Assembly: GCA_964016885.1 (NCBI GenBank)
Contig: OZ024740.1
Span: 414,842,001-414,906,000, forward strand
DNA from: Eledone cirrhosa
Lineage: Eukaryota
Length of the DNA stretch: 64,000 bases
Direction: 5' to 3'
Below, in pieces: positions 36,401 through 58,200 of the stretch. The notes under the pieces were generated by a model that was not told where the DNA came from, searched no databases, and saw only the letters and a program-made list of their open reading frames with translations. The first letter of the stretch is position 1, and each line of letters starts with the position of its first letter. A program made the position numbers and the translations under genes.

Positions 36401-39400
36401 ACCACCACTACACATATATACACCACCACTACACATATATACACCACCACTACACATATATATACACCACCACTACATATATATACACCAACATTTCATA
36501 TATATACACAACCACTACACATATATATATACACCACAACTACACATATATATACACCACCACTACACATATATACATCACCACTACACATATATACACA
36601 CCCACTACATATATATACACCACCACTACACATATATACACCACCACTACATATATATACACCACTACTACATATATATATACACCACCACTACATATAT
36701 ATACACCACCACAACACATATATACACCACCACTACACATATATACACCATCACTACATATATATACACCACCACTACATATATATATACATCACCACTA
36801 CATATATATACACCACCACTACACATATATATACACCACCACTACACATATATACATCACCACTACACATATATACACCCCCACTACATATATATACACC
36901 ACCACTACACATATATACACCACCACTACATATATATACACCACTACTACATATATATATACACCACCACTACATATATATACACCACCACAACACATAT
37001 ATACACCACCACTACACATATATACACCATCACTACATATATATACACCACCATTACACATATATACACCACCACTACATATATATACACCAACATTTCA
37101 TATATATACACCACCACTACACATATATATACACCAACATTTCATATATATACACCACCACTACACATATATATATACACCACCACTACATATATATACA
37201 CCAACATTTCATATATATACACCACCACTACACATATATATATACACCACCACTACACATATATATACACCACCACTACATATATATACACCACCAATAC
37301 ATATATATAAACCACCACTACACATATATACATCACCACTACATATATATACACCACCACTACACATATATACACCATCACTATATATATATACACCACC
37401 ACTACACATATATATACACGACCACTACACATATATACACCACCACTACATATATATACACCACCACTACATATATGTACACCACCACTACACATATATA
37501 TAAACCACCACTACATATATATCCACCACCACTACATATATATCCACCACCACTACATATATATCCACCACCACTACATATATATACACCACCACTACAT
37601 ATATATACACCACCACTAAATATATATACACCACTACTACACATATACACACCACCACTACACATATATACACCACCACTACACATATATATACATCACC
37701 ACTACATATATATACACCACCACTACACATATATATACACCACCTCTACACATATATACATCACCACTACACATATATAAACCACCACTGCATATATATA
37801 CACCACCACTACACATATATACACCACCACTACATATATATACACCACCACTACATATATATACACCACTACTACATATATATACACCACCACAACACAT
37901 ATATACACCACCACTACACATATATACACCATCACTACATATATATACACCACCATTACACATATATACACCACCACTACATATATATACACCACCACTA
38001 CACATATATACAGCACCACTACATATATATATACACCAACATTTCATATATATACACCACCACTACATATATATACACCACCACTACACATATATATACA
38101 CCACCACTACATATATATACACCAACATTTCATATATATACACCACCACTACACATATATATATACAACACCACTACATATATATACACCAACATTTCAT
38201 ATATATACACCACCACTACACATATATATATACACCACCACTACACATATATATACACCACCACTACATATATATACACCACCAATACATATATATACAC
38301 CACCACTACACATATATACATCACCACTACATATATATACACCACCAATACACATATATACACCACCACTACACATATATATACACGACCACTACACATA
38401 TATACACCACCACTACATATATATACACCACCACTAGACATATATACACCACCACTACACATATATATACATCACCACTAAATATATATACACCACCAAT
38501 ACACATATATATACACCACCACTGCACATATATACATCACCACTACACATATATACACCACCACTACATATATATACACCACCACTACACATATATACAC
38601 CACCACTACATATATATACACCACCACTACACATATATATACACCACCACTACATATATATAGACCACCACTACACATATATACACCACCACTACATATA
38701 TATACACCACCATTACATATATATACACCACCATTACACATATATATACACCGCCACTACACATATATACATCACCACTAAATATATATACACCACCACT
38801 ATATATATATACACCACCACTACACATATATATACACCACCACTACACATATATACACCACCACTACACATATATATACACCACCACTACACATATATAC
38901 ACCACCACTACACATATATACACTTCCACTACACATATATATACACCACCACTACACATATATACACCACCACTACATATATATACACCAACATTACACA
39001 TATATACACCACCACTACACATAAATACACCACCACTACACATATATACACCACCACTACACATATATACATCACCAGTACATATATATACACCACCACT
39101 ACACATATATACACCACCACTACATATATATACACCACCACTACACATATATACACAACCACTACACATATATATACAGACCACTACACATATATACACC
39201 ACCACTACATATATATACACCACCACTACACATATATACACCACCAATACATATATATACACCACCACTACACATATATACACCACCGCTACACATATAT
39301 ACACCACCACTACACATATATACACCACCACTACACATATACACCACCACTACACATATATACACCACCACTACATATATATACACCACCACTACACATA

Positions 39401-42400
39401 TATACACCAACACCACACATATATACACCAGCACTACATATATATACACCACTACACATATATACACCACCACTACACATATATACACCACCACTACACA
39501 TATATACACCACCACTACACATATATACACCGCCACCACACATATATACACCACCACTACACATATATACACCACCACTACACATATATACATCACCACT
39601 ACATATATATACACCACCACTATATATATATACACCACCATTACATATATATACACCACCACTACACATATATACACAACCACTACACATATATACACCA
39701 CTACACATATATACACCACCAGTACACATACATACACCACCACTACACATATATACACCGCCACCACACATATATACACCACTACACATATATACACCAC
39801 CACTACACATATATACACCACCACTACACATATATACACCACCACTACACATATATACACCACCACTACACATATATATACACCACCACTACATATATAT
39901 ACACCAACATTTCATATATATACACAACCACTACACATATATATATACACCACAACTACACATATATATACACCACCACTACATATATATACACCACCAA
40001 TACATATATATACACCACCAATACATATATATACACCATCACAACATATATTTATACACCACCAATACACATATATACATCACCACTACATATATATACA
40101 CCACCACTACACATATATACACCACCACTACACATATATATACACCACCACTACACATATATACACCACCACTACATATATATACACCACCACTAGACAT
40201 ATATACACCACCACTACATATATATACACCACCACTACATATATATACACCACTACTACACATATATACACCACCACTACACATATATACACGACCACTA
40301 CATATATATACACCACCACTACATATATATACACCACCACTACACATATATACACCACCACTACACATATATACACCACCATTACATATATATACACCAC
40401 CACTACACATATATACATCACCACTACATATATATACACCACCACTATATATATATACACCACCATTACATATATATACACCACCACTACACATATATAC
40501 ACAACCACTACACATATATATACAGCACCACTACACATATATACACCACCACTACACATATATACACCAGCACTACACATATATACACCAGCACTACACA
40601 TATATACACCAGCACTACACATATATACACCACCACTACACATATACACCACCACTACACATATATACACCACCACTACATATATATATACCACCATTAC
40701 ATATATATACACCATCACTACACATATATACACCACGACCACACATATATACACCATCACTACACATATATACACCACCACTACACATATATATACACCA
40801 CCACTACATATATATACACCAACATTTCATATATATACACCACCACTACACATATATATATATACACCACCACTACACATATATATACACCACCACTACA
40901 TATATATACACCACCACTACATATATATATATACACCACCACTACACATATATACATCACCACTACATATATATACACCACCACTACACATATATACACC
41001 ATCACTATATATATATACACCACCACTACACATATATATACACGACCACTACACATATATACACCACCACTACATATATATACACCACCACTAGACATAT
41101 ATACACCACCACTACATATATATACACCACCACTACACATATATACACGACCACTACATATATATACACCACTACTTCACACATATACTCCACCACTACA
41201 CATATATATATACACCACAACTACACATATATATACACCACCACTACATATATATACACCATCACAACATATATTTATACACCACCAATACACATATATA
41301 CATCACCACTACATATATATACACCACCACTACACATATATACACCACCACTACACATATATATACACCACCACTACACATATATACACCACCACTACAT
41401 ATATATACACCACTACTACACATATATACACCACCACTACACATATATACACGACCACTACATATATATACACCACCACTACATATATACACACCACCAC
41501 TACACATATATATACACCACCACTACACATATATACACCACCACTACACATATATACACCACCATTACATATATATACACCACCACTACACATATATACA
41601 TCACCACTACATATATATACACCACCACTACACATATATACACAACCACTACACATATATATACAGCACCACTACACATATATACACCACCACTACACAT
41701 ATATACACCAGCACTACACATATATACACCAGCACTACACATATATATACCAGCACTACACATATATACACCACCACTACACATATACACCACCACTACA
41801 CATATATACACCACCACTACACATATATACACCACCATTACATATATATACACCATCACTACACATATATACACCACCACCACACATATATACACCATCA
41901 CTACACATATATACACCACCACTACACATATATATACACCACCACTACATATATATACACCAACATTTCATATATATACACCACCACTACACATATATAT
42001 ATATACACCACCACTACACATATATATACACCACCACTACATATATATACACCACCAATACATATATATACACCACCACTACATATATATATACACCACC
42101 ACTACACATATATACATCACCACTACATATATATACACCACCACTACACATATATACACCATCACTATATATATATATACACCACCACTACACATATATA
42201 TACACGACCACTACACATATATACACCACCACTAGACATATATACACCACCACTACATATATATACACCACCACTACACATATATACGCCACCACTACAT
42301 ATATATACACCACTACTTCACATATATACACCACCACTACATATATATACACCACTACTTCACATATATACACCACCACTACACATATATACACCACCAC

Positions 42401-45400
42401 TACATATATATATACACCACCACTACACATATATACACCACCACTAGACATATATACACCACCACTACATATATATACACCACCACTACACATATATACA
42501 CCACCACTACATATATATACACCACTACTTCACATATATACACCACCACTACACATATATACACCACCACTACATATATATACGCCACCACTACACATAT
42601 ATACACCACCACTACACATATACACCACCACTACACATATATACACCACCACTACACATATATACACCACCATTACATATATATACACCACCACCACACA
42701 TATAAACACCACCACTACACATATATACACCACCACTACACATATATACACCACCACTACACATATATATACACCACCACTACACATATATATATACACC
42801 ACAACTACACATATATATACACCACCACTACATATATATACACCACCAATACATATATATACACCATCACAACATATATTTATACACCACCAATACACAT
42901 ATATACATCACCACTAGATATATATACACCACCACTACACATATATACACCACCACTGCACATATATATACACCACCACTACATATATATACACCAACAT
43001 TTCATATATATACACCACCACTACACATATATATATATACACCACCACTACACATATATATACACCACCACTACATATATATACACCACCAATACATATA
43101 TATACACCACCACTACATATATATATACACCACCACTACACATATATACATCACCACTACATATATATACACCACCACTAGACATATATACACCACCACT
43201 ACATATATATACACCACCACTACACATATATACACCACCACTACATATATATACACCACTACTTCACATATATACACCACCACTACACATATATACACCA
43301 CCACTACATATATATACACCACCACTACATATATATACACCACCACTACATATATATACACCACCACTACACATATATATACAGCACCACTACATATATA
43401 TCCACCACCACTACATATATATCCACCACCACTACATATATATCCACCACCACTACATATATATACACCGCCACTACATATATATACACCACCACTAAAT
43501 ATATATACACCACTACTACACATATATACACCACCACTACACATATATACACCACCACTACACATATATATATACATCACCACTACATATATATACACCA
43601 CCACTACACATATATATACACCACCACTACACATATATACATCACCACTACACATATATACACCCCCACTACATATATATACACCACCACTACACATATA
43701 TACACCACCACTACATATATATACACCACCACTACATATATATATACACCACCACTACATATATATACACCACCACAACACATATATACACCACCACTAC
43801 ACATATATACACCATCACTACATATATATACACCACCATTACACATATATACACCACCACTACATATATATACAGCACCACTACACATATATACAGCACC
43901 ACTACATATATATATACACCAACATTTCATATATATACCCCACCACTACATATATATACACCACCACTACACATATATATACACCACCACTACATATATA
44001 TACACCACCACTACACATATATATACACCACCACTACATATATATACACCACCAATACATATATATAAACCACCACTACACATATATACACCACCACCAC
44101 ACATATATACACCATCACTACACATATATACACCACCACTACACATATATATACACCACCACTACACATATACACCACCACTACACATATATACACCACC
44201 ACTACACATATATACACCACCACTACACATATATACACCACCATTACATATATATACACCACCACTACACATATATACATCACCACTACATATATATACA
44301 CCACCACTATATATATATACACCACCATTACATATATATACACCACCACTACACATATATACACAACCACTACACATATATATACAGCACCACTACACAT
44401 ATATACACCACCACTACACATATATACACCAGCACTACACATATATACACCAGCACTACACATATATACACCAGCACTACACATATATACACCAGCACTA
44501 CACATATATACACCACCACTACACATATATATACACCACCACTACATATATATACACCAACATTTCATATATATACACCACCACTACACATATATATATA
44601 TACACCACCACTACACATATATATACACCACCACTACATATATATACACCACCAATACATATATATACACCACCACTACATATATATATACACCACCACT
44701 ACACATATATACATCACCACTACATATATATACACCACCACTACACATATATACACCATCACTATATATATATACACCACCACTACACATATATATACAC
44801 GACCACTACACATATATACACCACCACTACATATATATACACCACCACTAGACATATATACACCACCACTACATATATATACACCACTACTTCACATATA
44901 TACACCACCACTACACATATATACACCACCACTACATATATATACACCACCACTACACATATATATACACCACCACTACACATATATACACCACCACTAC
45001 ATATATATACACCACCACTACACATATATATACACCACCACTACATATATATCCACCACCACTACATATATATCCACCACCACTACATATATATACACCA
45101 CCACTACATATATATACACCACCACTACATATATATACGCCACCACTAAATATATATACACCACTACTACACATTTATACACCACCACTACACATATATA
45201 CACCACCACTACACATATATATACATCACCACTACATATATATACACCACCACTACACATATATATACACCACCACTACACATATATACACCACCACTAC
45301 ATATATATACACCACCACTACACATATATACACCACAACTACATATATATACACCACCACTACATATATATACACAACCACAACACATATATACACCACC

Positions 45401-48217
45401 ACTACACATATATACACCATCACTACATATATATACACCACCATTACACATATATACACCACCACTACATATGTATACACCAACATTTCATATATATACA
45501 CCACCACTACACATATATATATACACCACAACTACACATATATATACACCACCACTACATATATATACACCAACATTTCATATATATACACCACCACTAC
45601 ACATATATATATACACCACCACTACATATATATACACGAACATTTCATATATATACACCACCACTACACATATATATATACACCACCACTACACATATAT
45701 ATACACCACCACTACATATATGTACACCACCAATACATATATATAAACCACCACTACACATATATACATCACCACTACATATATATACACCACCACTACA
45801 CATATATACACCATCACTATATATATATACACCACCACTACACATATATATACACGACCACTACACATATATACACCACCACTACATATATATACACCAC
45901 CACTAGACATATATACACCACCACTACATATATATACACCACCACTACACATATATACACCACCACTACATATATATACACCACTACTTCACATATATAC
46001 ACCACCACTACACATATATACACCACCACTACATATATATACGCCACCACTACACATATATACAGCACCACTACACATATACACCACCACTACACATATA
46101 TACACCACCACTACACATATATACACCACCATTACATATATATACACCACCACCACACATATATACACCACCACTACATATATATACACCACTACACATA
46201 TATACACCACCACTACACATATATACACCACCACTACACATATATACACCACCACTACACATATATACACCACCACTACACATATATATATACACCACCA
46301 CTACACATATATATATACACCACAACTACACATATATATACACCACCACTACATATATATACACCACCAATACATATATATACACCATCACAACATATAT
46401 TTATACACCACCAATACACATATATACATCACCACTACCTATATATACACCACCACTACACATATATATACACCACCACTACACATATATACACCACCAC
46501 TAGACATATATACACCACCACTACATATATATACACCACCACTACACATATATACACCACCACTACATATATATACACCACTACTACACATATATACACC
46601 ACCATTACACATATATACACCACCACTACATATATAGACACCACCACTACATATATATACACCACCACTACACATATATATACACCACCACTACACATAT
46701 ATACACCACCACTACACATATATACACCACCATTACATATATATACACCACCACTACACATATATACATCACCACTACATATATATACACCACCACTATA
46801 TATATATACACCACCATTACATATATATACACCACCACTACACATATATATACACCACCACTACACATATATACACCACCACTACATATATATACACCAC
46901 CACTACACATATATATACAGCACCACTACACATACATACACCACCACTACACATATATACACCAGCACTACACATATATACACCAGCACTACACATATAT
47001 ACACCACCACTACACATATATATACACCACCACTACATATATATACACCAACATTTCATATATATACACCACCACTACACATATATATATATACACCACC
47101 ACTACACATATATATACACCACCACTACATATATATACACCACCAATACATATATATACACCACCACTACATATATATATACACCACCACTACACATATA
47201 TACATCACCACTACATATATATACACCACCACTACACATATATACACCATCACTATATATATATATACACCACCACTACACATATATATACACAACCACT
47301 ACACATATATACACCACCACTACATATATATACACCACCACTAGACATATATACACCACCACTACATATATATACACCACCACTACACATATATACACCA
47401 CCACTACATATATATACACCACTACTTCACATATATACACCACCACTACACATATATACACCACCACTACATATATATACACCACCACTACACATATATA
47501 TACACCACCACTACACATATATACACCACCACTACATATATATACACCACCACTACACATATATATACACCACCACTACATATATTTCCACCACCACTAC
47601 ATATATATCCACCACCACTACATATATATACACCACCACTACATATATATACACCACCACTACATATATATACGCCACCACTAAATATATATACACCACT
47701 ACTACACATTTATACACCACCACTACACATATATACACCACCACTACACATATATATACATCACCACTACATATATATACACCACCACTACACATATATA
47801 TACACCACCACTACACATATATACACCACCACTACATATATATACACCACCACTACACATATATACACCACAACTACATATATATACACCACCACTACAT
47901 ATATATACACAACCACAACACATATATACACCACCACTACACATATATACACCATCACTACATATATATACACCACCATTACACATATATACACCACCAC
48001 TACATATGTATACACCAACATTTCATATATATACACCACCACTACACATATATATATACACCACAACTACACATATATATACACCACCATTACATATATA
48101 TACACCAACATTTCATATATATACACCACCACTACACATATATATATACACCACCACTACATATATATACACGAACATTTCATATATATACACCACCACT
48201 ACACATATATATATACA

Positions 48218-49202
48218 ATACTAGCTCTTTCAATTGCGCAGAGGGTTCTATAGAAATAGTGGACAGCTTCCGTTACCTGGGCGATAAAATCAGCAGTGGG
48301 GGAGGGTGCTCTGAAAGTACTGTAGCTAGAGTCAGAACTGGTTGGAAAAAGTTCAGAGAGCTTATACCACTATTAGCTGCTAAAGGGTTCTCCCTAAAAA
48401 TGAAAGGCAGGTTGTACGATGCCTGCATACGAACAGCAATGTTGCATGGTAGTGAGACCTGGGCATTGTGTGCAGAGGATATACGCAGACTAGAGAGGAA
48501 CGAAGCTTGCATGCTCCGCTGGATGTGTAACAGTAATATACGTGAACGGCAAAGCATAAACGAACTAAGGAAAAAATTAGAGATAAGAGGGATCAGATGT
48601 TGTTTACTCGAGAGAAGGCTGCGTTGGTATGGACACGTGATGCGCATGAAAGTCGATAGCTGTATTACAAAGTGCAGGGCAATAAAGATAGACGGTAGCC
48701 ACGGAATAGGCAGACCTAGAAAAACATGGGATGAGCTGATAAACTCCGACCTCACACACTTACACCTCTCCAAGACAATGTCACTGGACCGTGACCTTTG
48801 GCGGTACTCAGTAACAGAGAAGACCCGCCTTGCCAGTAGGCATCTCTAACAAAATACACCCCTCCCGCCGCCACCCCCACCCCATCCACACCACCCCGTT
48901 CTATGTAAAGTTATGTTGGTGCCGCGCCATCCAGGCCGAAACAAATGAGATCGTGTAGGTGTCACGACAAAAAACACACAGTCCACGCTGTAATGTGGCC
49001 GTGTAGGCAACACGGTAAAAACCTCCCAGACCCACACTGTAAATGTGGTTGGTGTTAGGAAGGGCATCCAACTGTAGAAAACCTGCCAGACAGTCCTATG
49101 CGAGCAAGACAATCACTCTTGCCTCAAGTGGGACTACCCCCGTCCAAATCCATGCAAGCGTGGAACACGGACGTTAAACGTTGATGATGATGATGATGAT
49201 GA
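48218..49202 (+). mobile_element. 5'-truncated young RTE LINE inserted in the satellite
   Basis: 985-bp non-satellite island; ORF2 C-terminus plus 3'UTR and (GAT)n tail; boundaries fixed by the empty site at 45682/45683. Confidence 0.95.
48220..48849 (+). CDS. RTE ORF2 C-terminal fragment (thumb/post-RT region), open frame
   Basis: EIVDSFRYLGD, GWKKFREL, KGRLYDACIRTAMLHGSETW, LERNEACMLRW, RRLRWYGHVMR, GRPRKTW; no stops. Confidence 0.9.
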   Translation, partial: TSSFNCAEGSIEIVDSFRYLGDKISSGGGCSESTVARVRTGWKKFRELIPLLAAKGFSLKMKGRLYDACIRTAMLHGSETWALCAEDIRRLERNEACMLRWMCNSNIRERQSINELRKKLEIRGIRCCLLERRLRWYGHVMRMKVDSCITKCRAIKIDGSHGIGRPRKTWDELINSDLTHLHLSKTMSLDRDLWRYSVTEKTRLASRHL

Positions 49203-52200
49203 CCACCACTACACATATATATACACCACCACTACATATATGTACACCACCAATACATATATATAAACCACCACTACACATATATACATCACCACTACAT
49301 ATATATACACCACCACTACACATATATACACCATCACTATATATATATACACCACCACTACACATATATATACACGACCACTACACATATACACACCACC
49401 ACCACATATATATGCACCACCACTAGACATATATACACCACCACTACATATATATACACCACCACTACACATATATACACCACCACTACATATATATACA
49501 CCACTACTTCACATATATACACCACCACTACACATATATACACCACCACTACATATATATACGCCACCACTACACATATATACAGCACCACTACACATAT
49601 ACACCACCACTACACATATATACACCACCACTACACATATATACACCACCATTACATATATATACACCACCACCACACATATATACACCACCACTACATA
49701 TATATACACCACTACACATATATACACCACCACTACACATATATACACCACCACTACACATATATACACCACCACTACACATATATACACCACCACTACA
49801 CATATATATATACACCACCACTACACATATATATATACACCACAACTACACATATATATACACCACCACTACATATATATACACCACCAATACATATATA
49901 TACACCATCACAACATATATTTATACACCACCAATACACATATATACATCACCACTACCTATATATACACCACCACTACACATATATATACACCACCACT
50001 ACACATATATACACCACCACTACATATATATACACCACCACTAGACATATATACACCACCACTACATATATATACACCACCACTACACATATATACACCA
50101 CCACTACATATATATACACCACTACTACACATATATACACCACCATTACACATATATACGCCACCACTAGATATATAGACACCACCACTACATATATATA
50201 CACCACCACTACACATATATATACACCACCACTACACATATATACACCACCACTACACATATATACACCACCATTACATATATATACACCACCACTACAC
50301 ATATATACATCACCACTACATATATATACACCACCACTATATATATATACACCACCATTACATATATATACACCACCACTACACATATATATACACCACC
50401 ACTACACATATATACACCACCACTACATATATATACACCACTACTACACATATATATACAGCACCACTACACATACATACACCACCACTACACATATATA
50501 CACCAGCACTACACATATATACACTAGCACTACACATATATACACCAGCACTACACATATATACACCAGCACTACACATATACACCACCACTACACATAT
50601 ATACACCACCACTACACATATATACACCACCATTACATATATATCCACCATCACTACACATATATACACCACCACCACACATATATACACCACCACTACA
50701 CATATATACACCACCACTACATATATATATACACCAACATTTCATATATATACACCACCACTACACATATATATATACACCACCACTACACATATATATA
50801 CACCACCACTACATATATATACACCACCAATACATATATATACACCACCACTACATATATATATACACCAACACTACACATATAAACATCACCACTACAT
50901 GTATATATACACCAACACTACACATATAAACATCACCACTACATATATATACACCATCACTATATATATATACACCACCACTACACATATATATACACGA
51001 CCACTACACATATATACACCACCACTACATATATATATACACCACCACTACACATATATACACCATCACTATATATATATACACGACCACTACACATATA
51101 TATACACGACCACTACACATATATACACCACCACTACATATATATACACCACCACTACACATATATACACCATCACTATATATATATACACGACCACTAC
51201 ACATATATATACACGACCACTACACATATATACACCACCACTACATATATATACACCACCACTAGACATATATACACCACCACTACATATATATATACAC
51301 CACCACTACACATATATACACCACCACTACATATATATACACCACTACTTCACATATATACACCACCACTACACATATATACACCGCCACTACATATATA
51401 TACACCATCACTACATATATATACACCACCACTACATATATATACACCACCACTACACATATATATACACCACCACTACATATTTATCCACCACCACTAC
51501 ATATATATCCACCACCACTACATATATATCCACCACCACTACATATATATACACCACCACTACATATATATACACCACCACTAAATATATATACACCACT
51601 ACTACACATTTATACACCACCACTACACATATATACACCACCACTACACATATATATACATCACCACTACATATATATACACCACCACTACACATATATA
51701 TACACCACCACTACACATATATACATCACCACTACACATATATACACCACCACTACATATATATACACCACCATTACACATATATACACCACCACTACAT
51801 ATATATACACCACCACTACATATATATACACCACCACTACATATATATACACCACCACAACACATATATACACCACCACTACACATATATACACCATCAC
51901 TACATATATATACACCACCATTAAACATATATACACCACCACTACATATATATACACCACCACTACATATATATACAGCAACACTACATATATATACACC
52001 AACATTTCATATATATACACCACCACTACATATATATACACCACCACTACATATATATACACCAACATTTCATATATATACACCACCACTACACATATAT
52101 ATATATACACCACCACTACATATAAATACACCAACATTTCATATATATACACCACCACTACACATATATATATACACCACCACTACACATATATATACAC

Positions 52201-55200
52201 CACCACTACATATATATACACCACCAATACATATATATACACCACCACTACACATATATACACCATCACTATATATATATACACCACCACTACATATATA
52301 TATATACATGACAACTACACATATATACACCACCACTACATATATATACACCACCACTAGACATATATACACCACCACTACATATATATACACCACCACT
52401 ACACATATATACACCACCACTACATATATATACACCACTACTTCACATATATACACCACCACTACACATATATACACCACCACTACATATATATACACCA
52501 CCACTACATATATATACACCACCACTACACATATATATACAGCACCACTACATATATATCCACCACCACTACATATATATCCACCACCACTACATATATA
52601 TCCACCACCACTACATATATATACACCGCCACTACATATATATACACCACCACTAAATATATATACACCACTACTACACATATATACACCACCACTACAC
52701 ATATATACACCACCACTACACATATATATATACATCACCACTACATATATATACACCACCACTACACATATATATACACCACCACTACACATATATACAT
52801 CACCACTACACATATATACACCCCCACTACATATATATACACCACCACTACACATATATACACCATCACTACATATATATACACCACCATTACACATATA
52901 TACACCACCACTACATATATATACAGCACCACTACACATATATACAGCACCACTACATATATATATACACCAACATTTCATATATATACCCCACCACTAC
53001 ATATATATACACCACCACTACACATATATATACACCACCACTACATATATATACACCAACATTTCATATATATACACCACCACTACACATATATATATAC
53101 ACCACCACTACATATATATACACCAACATTTCATATATATACACCACCACTACACATATATATATACACCACCACTACACATATATATACACCACCACTA
53201 CATATATATACACCACCAATACATATATATAAACCAACACTACACATATATACACCACCACCACACATATATACACCATCACTACACATATATACACCAC
53301 CACTACACATATATATACACCACAACTACATATATACACCACCACTACACATATATACACCACCACTACACATATATACACCACCATTACATATATATAC
53401 ACCATCACTACACATATATACACCACCACCACACATATATACACCATCACTACACATATATACACCACCACTACACATATATATACACCACCACTACATA
53501 TATATACACCAACATTTCATATATATACACCACCACTACACATATATATATATACACCACCACTACACATATATATACACCACCACTACATATATATACA
53601 CCACCAATACATATATATACACCACCACTACACATATATACATCACCACTACATATATATACACGACCACTACACATATATACACCATCACTATATATAT
53701 ATACACCACCGCTACACATATATATACACGACCACTACACATATATACACCAACACTACATATGTATACACCACCACTAGACATATATACACCACCACTA
53801 CATATATATACACCACCACTACACATTTATACACCACCACTACATATATATACACCACTACTTCACATATATACACCACCACTACACATATATACACCAC
53901 CACTACATATATATACACCACCACTACATATATATACACCACCACTACATATATATACACCACCACTACACATATATATACACCACCACTACATATATAT
54001 CCACCACCACTACATATATATCCACCACCACTACATATATATCCACCACCACTACATATATATACACCACCACTACATATATATACGCCACCACTAAATA
54101 TATATACACCACTACTACACATTTATACACCACCACTACACATATATACACCACCACTACACATATATATACATCACCACTACATATATATACACCACCA
54201 CTACACATATATATACACCACCACTACACATATATACACCACCACTACATATATATACACCAACACTACACATATATACACCACCACTACATATATATAC
54301 ACCACCACAACACATATATACACCACCACTACACATATATACACCATGACTACATATATATACACCACCATTACACATATATACACCACCACTACATATA
54401 TATACACCAACATTTCATATATATACACCACCACTACATATATATACACCACCACAACACATATATATACACCACCACTACATATATATACACCAACATT
54501 TCATATATATACACCACCACTACACATATATATATACACCACCACTACATATATATACACGAACATTTCATATATATACACCACCACTACACATATATAT
54601 ATACACCACCACTACACATATATATGCACCACCACTACATATATATACACCACCAATACATATATATACACCATCACAACATATATTTATACACCACCAA
54701 TACACATATATACATCACCACTACACATATATACACCACCACTACATATATATACACCACCACTACACATATATACACCACCACTACATATATATACACC
54801 ACTACTACACATATATACACCACCATTACACATATATACACCACCACTACATATATAGACACCACCACTACATATATATACACCACCACTACACATATAT
54901 ACACCACTACACATATATATACAGCACCACTACACATATATACACCACCACTACAGATATATACACCAGCACTACACATATATACACTAGCACTACACAT
55001 ATATACACCAGCACTACACATATATACACCAGCACTACACATATATACACCAGCACTACACATATACACCACCACTACACATATATACACCACCACTACA
55101 CATATATACACCACCATTACATATATATACACCATCACTACACATATATACACCACCACCACACATATATACACCACCACTACACATATATACACCACCA

Positions 55201-58200
55201 CTACATATATATACACCAACATTTCATATATATACACCACCACTACACATATATATATACACCACCACTACACATATATATACACAATCACTACATATAT
55301 ATACACCACCAATACATATATATACACCACCACTACATATATATATACACCAACACTACACATATAAACATCACCACTACATGTATATATACACCAACAC
55401 TACACATATAAACATCACCACTACATATATATACACCATCACTATATATATATACACGACCACTACACATATATATACACGACCACTACACATATATACA
55501 CCACCACTACATATATATACACCACCACTACATATATATACACCACTACTTCACATATATACACCACCACTACACATATATACACCGCCACTACATATAT
55601 ATACACCATCACTACATATATATACACCACCACTACATATATATACACCACCACTAAATATATATACACCACTACTACACACTTATACACCACCACTACA
55701 CATATATACACCACCACTACACATATATATACATCACCACTACATATATATACACCACCACTACACATATATATACACCACCACTACACATATATACATC
55801 ACCACTACACATATATACACCACCACTACATATATATACACCACCACTACACATATATACACCACCACTACATATATATACACCACCACTACATATATAT
55901 ACACCAGCACTACATATATATACACCACCACAACACATATATACACCACCACTACACATATATACAGCAACACTACATATATATACACCAACATTTCATA
56001 TATATACAGCACCACTACATATATATACACCAACATTTCATATATATACACCACCACTACACATATATATATATACACCACCACTACATATAAATACACC
56101 AACATTTCATATATATACACCACCACAACACATATATATATACACCGCCACTACACATATATATATACACCACCACTACATATATATACACCACCAATAC
56201 ATATATATACACCACCACTACACATATATACACCATCACTATATATATATACACCACCACTACACATATATATATACATGACCACTACATATATATACAC
56301 CACAACTAGACATATATACACCACCACTACATATATATACACCACCACTACATATATATACTCCACCACTACATATATATACACCACTACTTCACATATA
56401 TACACCACCACTACACATATATACACCACCACTACATATATATACACCACCATTACATATATATACACCACCACTACATATATATACACCACCACTACAC
56501 ATATATATACACCACCACTACATATATATCCACCACCACTACATATATATCCACCACCACTACATATATATCCACCACCACTACATATATATACACCGCC
56601 ACTACATATATATACACCACCACTAAATATATATACACCACTACTACACATATATACACCACCACTACACATATACACCACCACTACACATATATATACA
56701 TCACCACTACATATATATACACCACCACTACACATATATATACACCACCACTACACATATATACATCACCACTACACATATATACACCCCCACTACATAT
56801 ATATACACCACCACTACACCTATATACACCACCACTACATATATATACACCACCACTACATATATATATACACCACCACTACATATATATACACCACCAC
56901 AACACATATATACACCACCACTACACATATATACACCACCACTACATATATATACACCACCACTACACATATATACAGCACCACTACATATATATACACC
57001 AACATTTCATATATATACACCACCACTACATATATATACACCACCACTACACATATATATACACCACCACTACGTATATATACACCAACATTTCATATAT
57101 ATACACCACCACTACACATATATATATACACCACCACTACATATATATACACCAACATTTCATATATATACACCAACACTACACATATATATATACACCA
57201 CCACTACACAAATATATACACCACCACTACATATATATACACCACCAATACATATATATAAACCACCACTACACATATATACATCACCACTACATATATA
57301 TACACCACCACTACACATATATACACCATCACTATATATATATACACCACCACTACACATATATATACACGACCACTACACATATATACACCACCACTAC
57401 ATATATATACACCACCACTACATATATATACACCACCACTACACATATATATAAACCACCACTACATATATATCCACCACCACTACATACATATCCACCA
57501 CCACTACATATATATCCACCACCACTACATATATATACACCACCACTACATATATATACACCACCACTAAATATATATACACCACTACTACACATATATA
57601 CACCACCACTACACATATATACACCACCACTACACATATATATACATCACCACTACATATATATACACCACCTCTACACACATATACACCACCACTACAT
57701 ATATATACACCACTACTTCACATATATACACCACCACTACACATATATACACCACCACTACATATATATACACCACCACTACATATATATACACCACCAC
57801 TACATATATATACACCACCACTACACATATATATACACCACCACTACATATATATCCACCACCACTACATATATATCCACCACCACTACATATATATCCA
57901 CCACCACTACATATATATACACCACCACTACATATATATACACCACTACTACACATATATACACCACCACTACACATATATACACCACCACTACATATAT
58001 ATACACCACCACTACATATATATACACCACCACTACATATATATACACCACCACAACACATATATACACCACCACTACACATATATACACCATCACTACA
58101 TATATATACACCACCACTACACATATATACACCACCACTACATATATATACACCACCACTACACATATATACAGCACCACTACATATATATATACACCAA

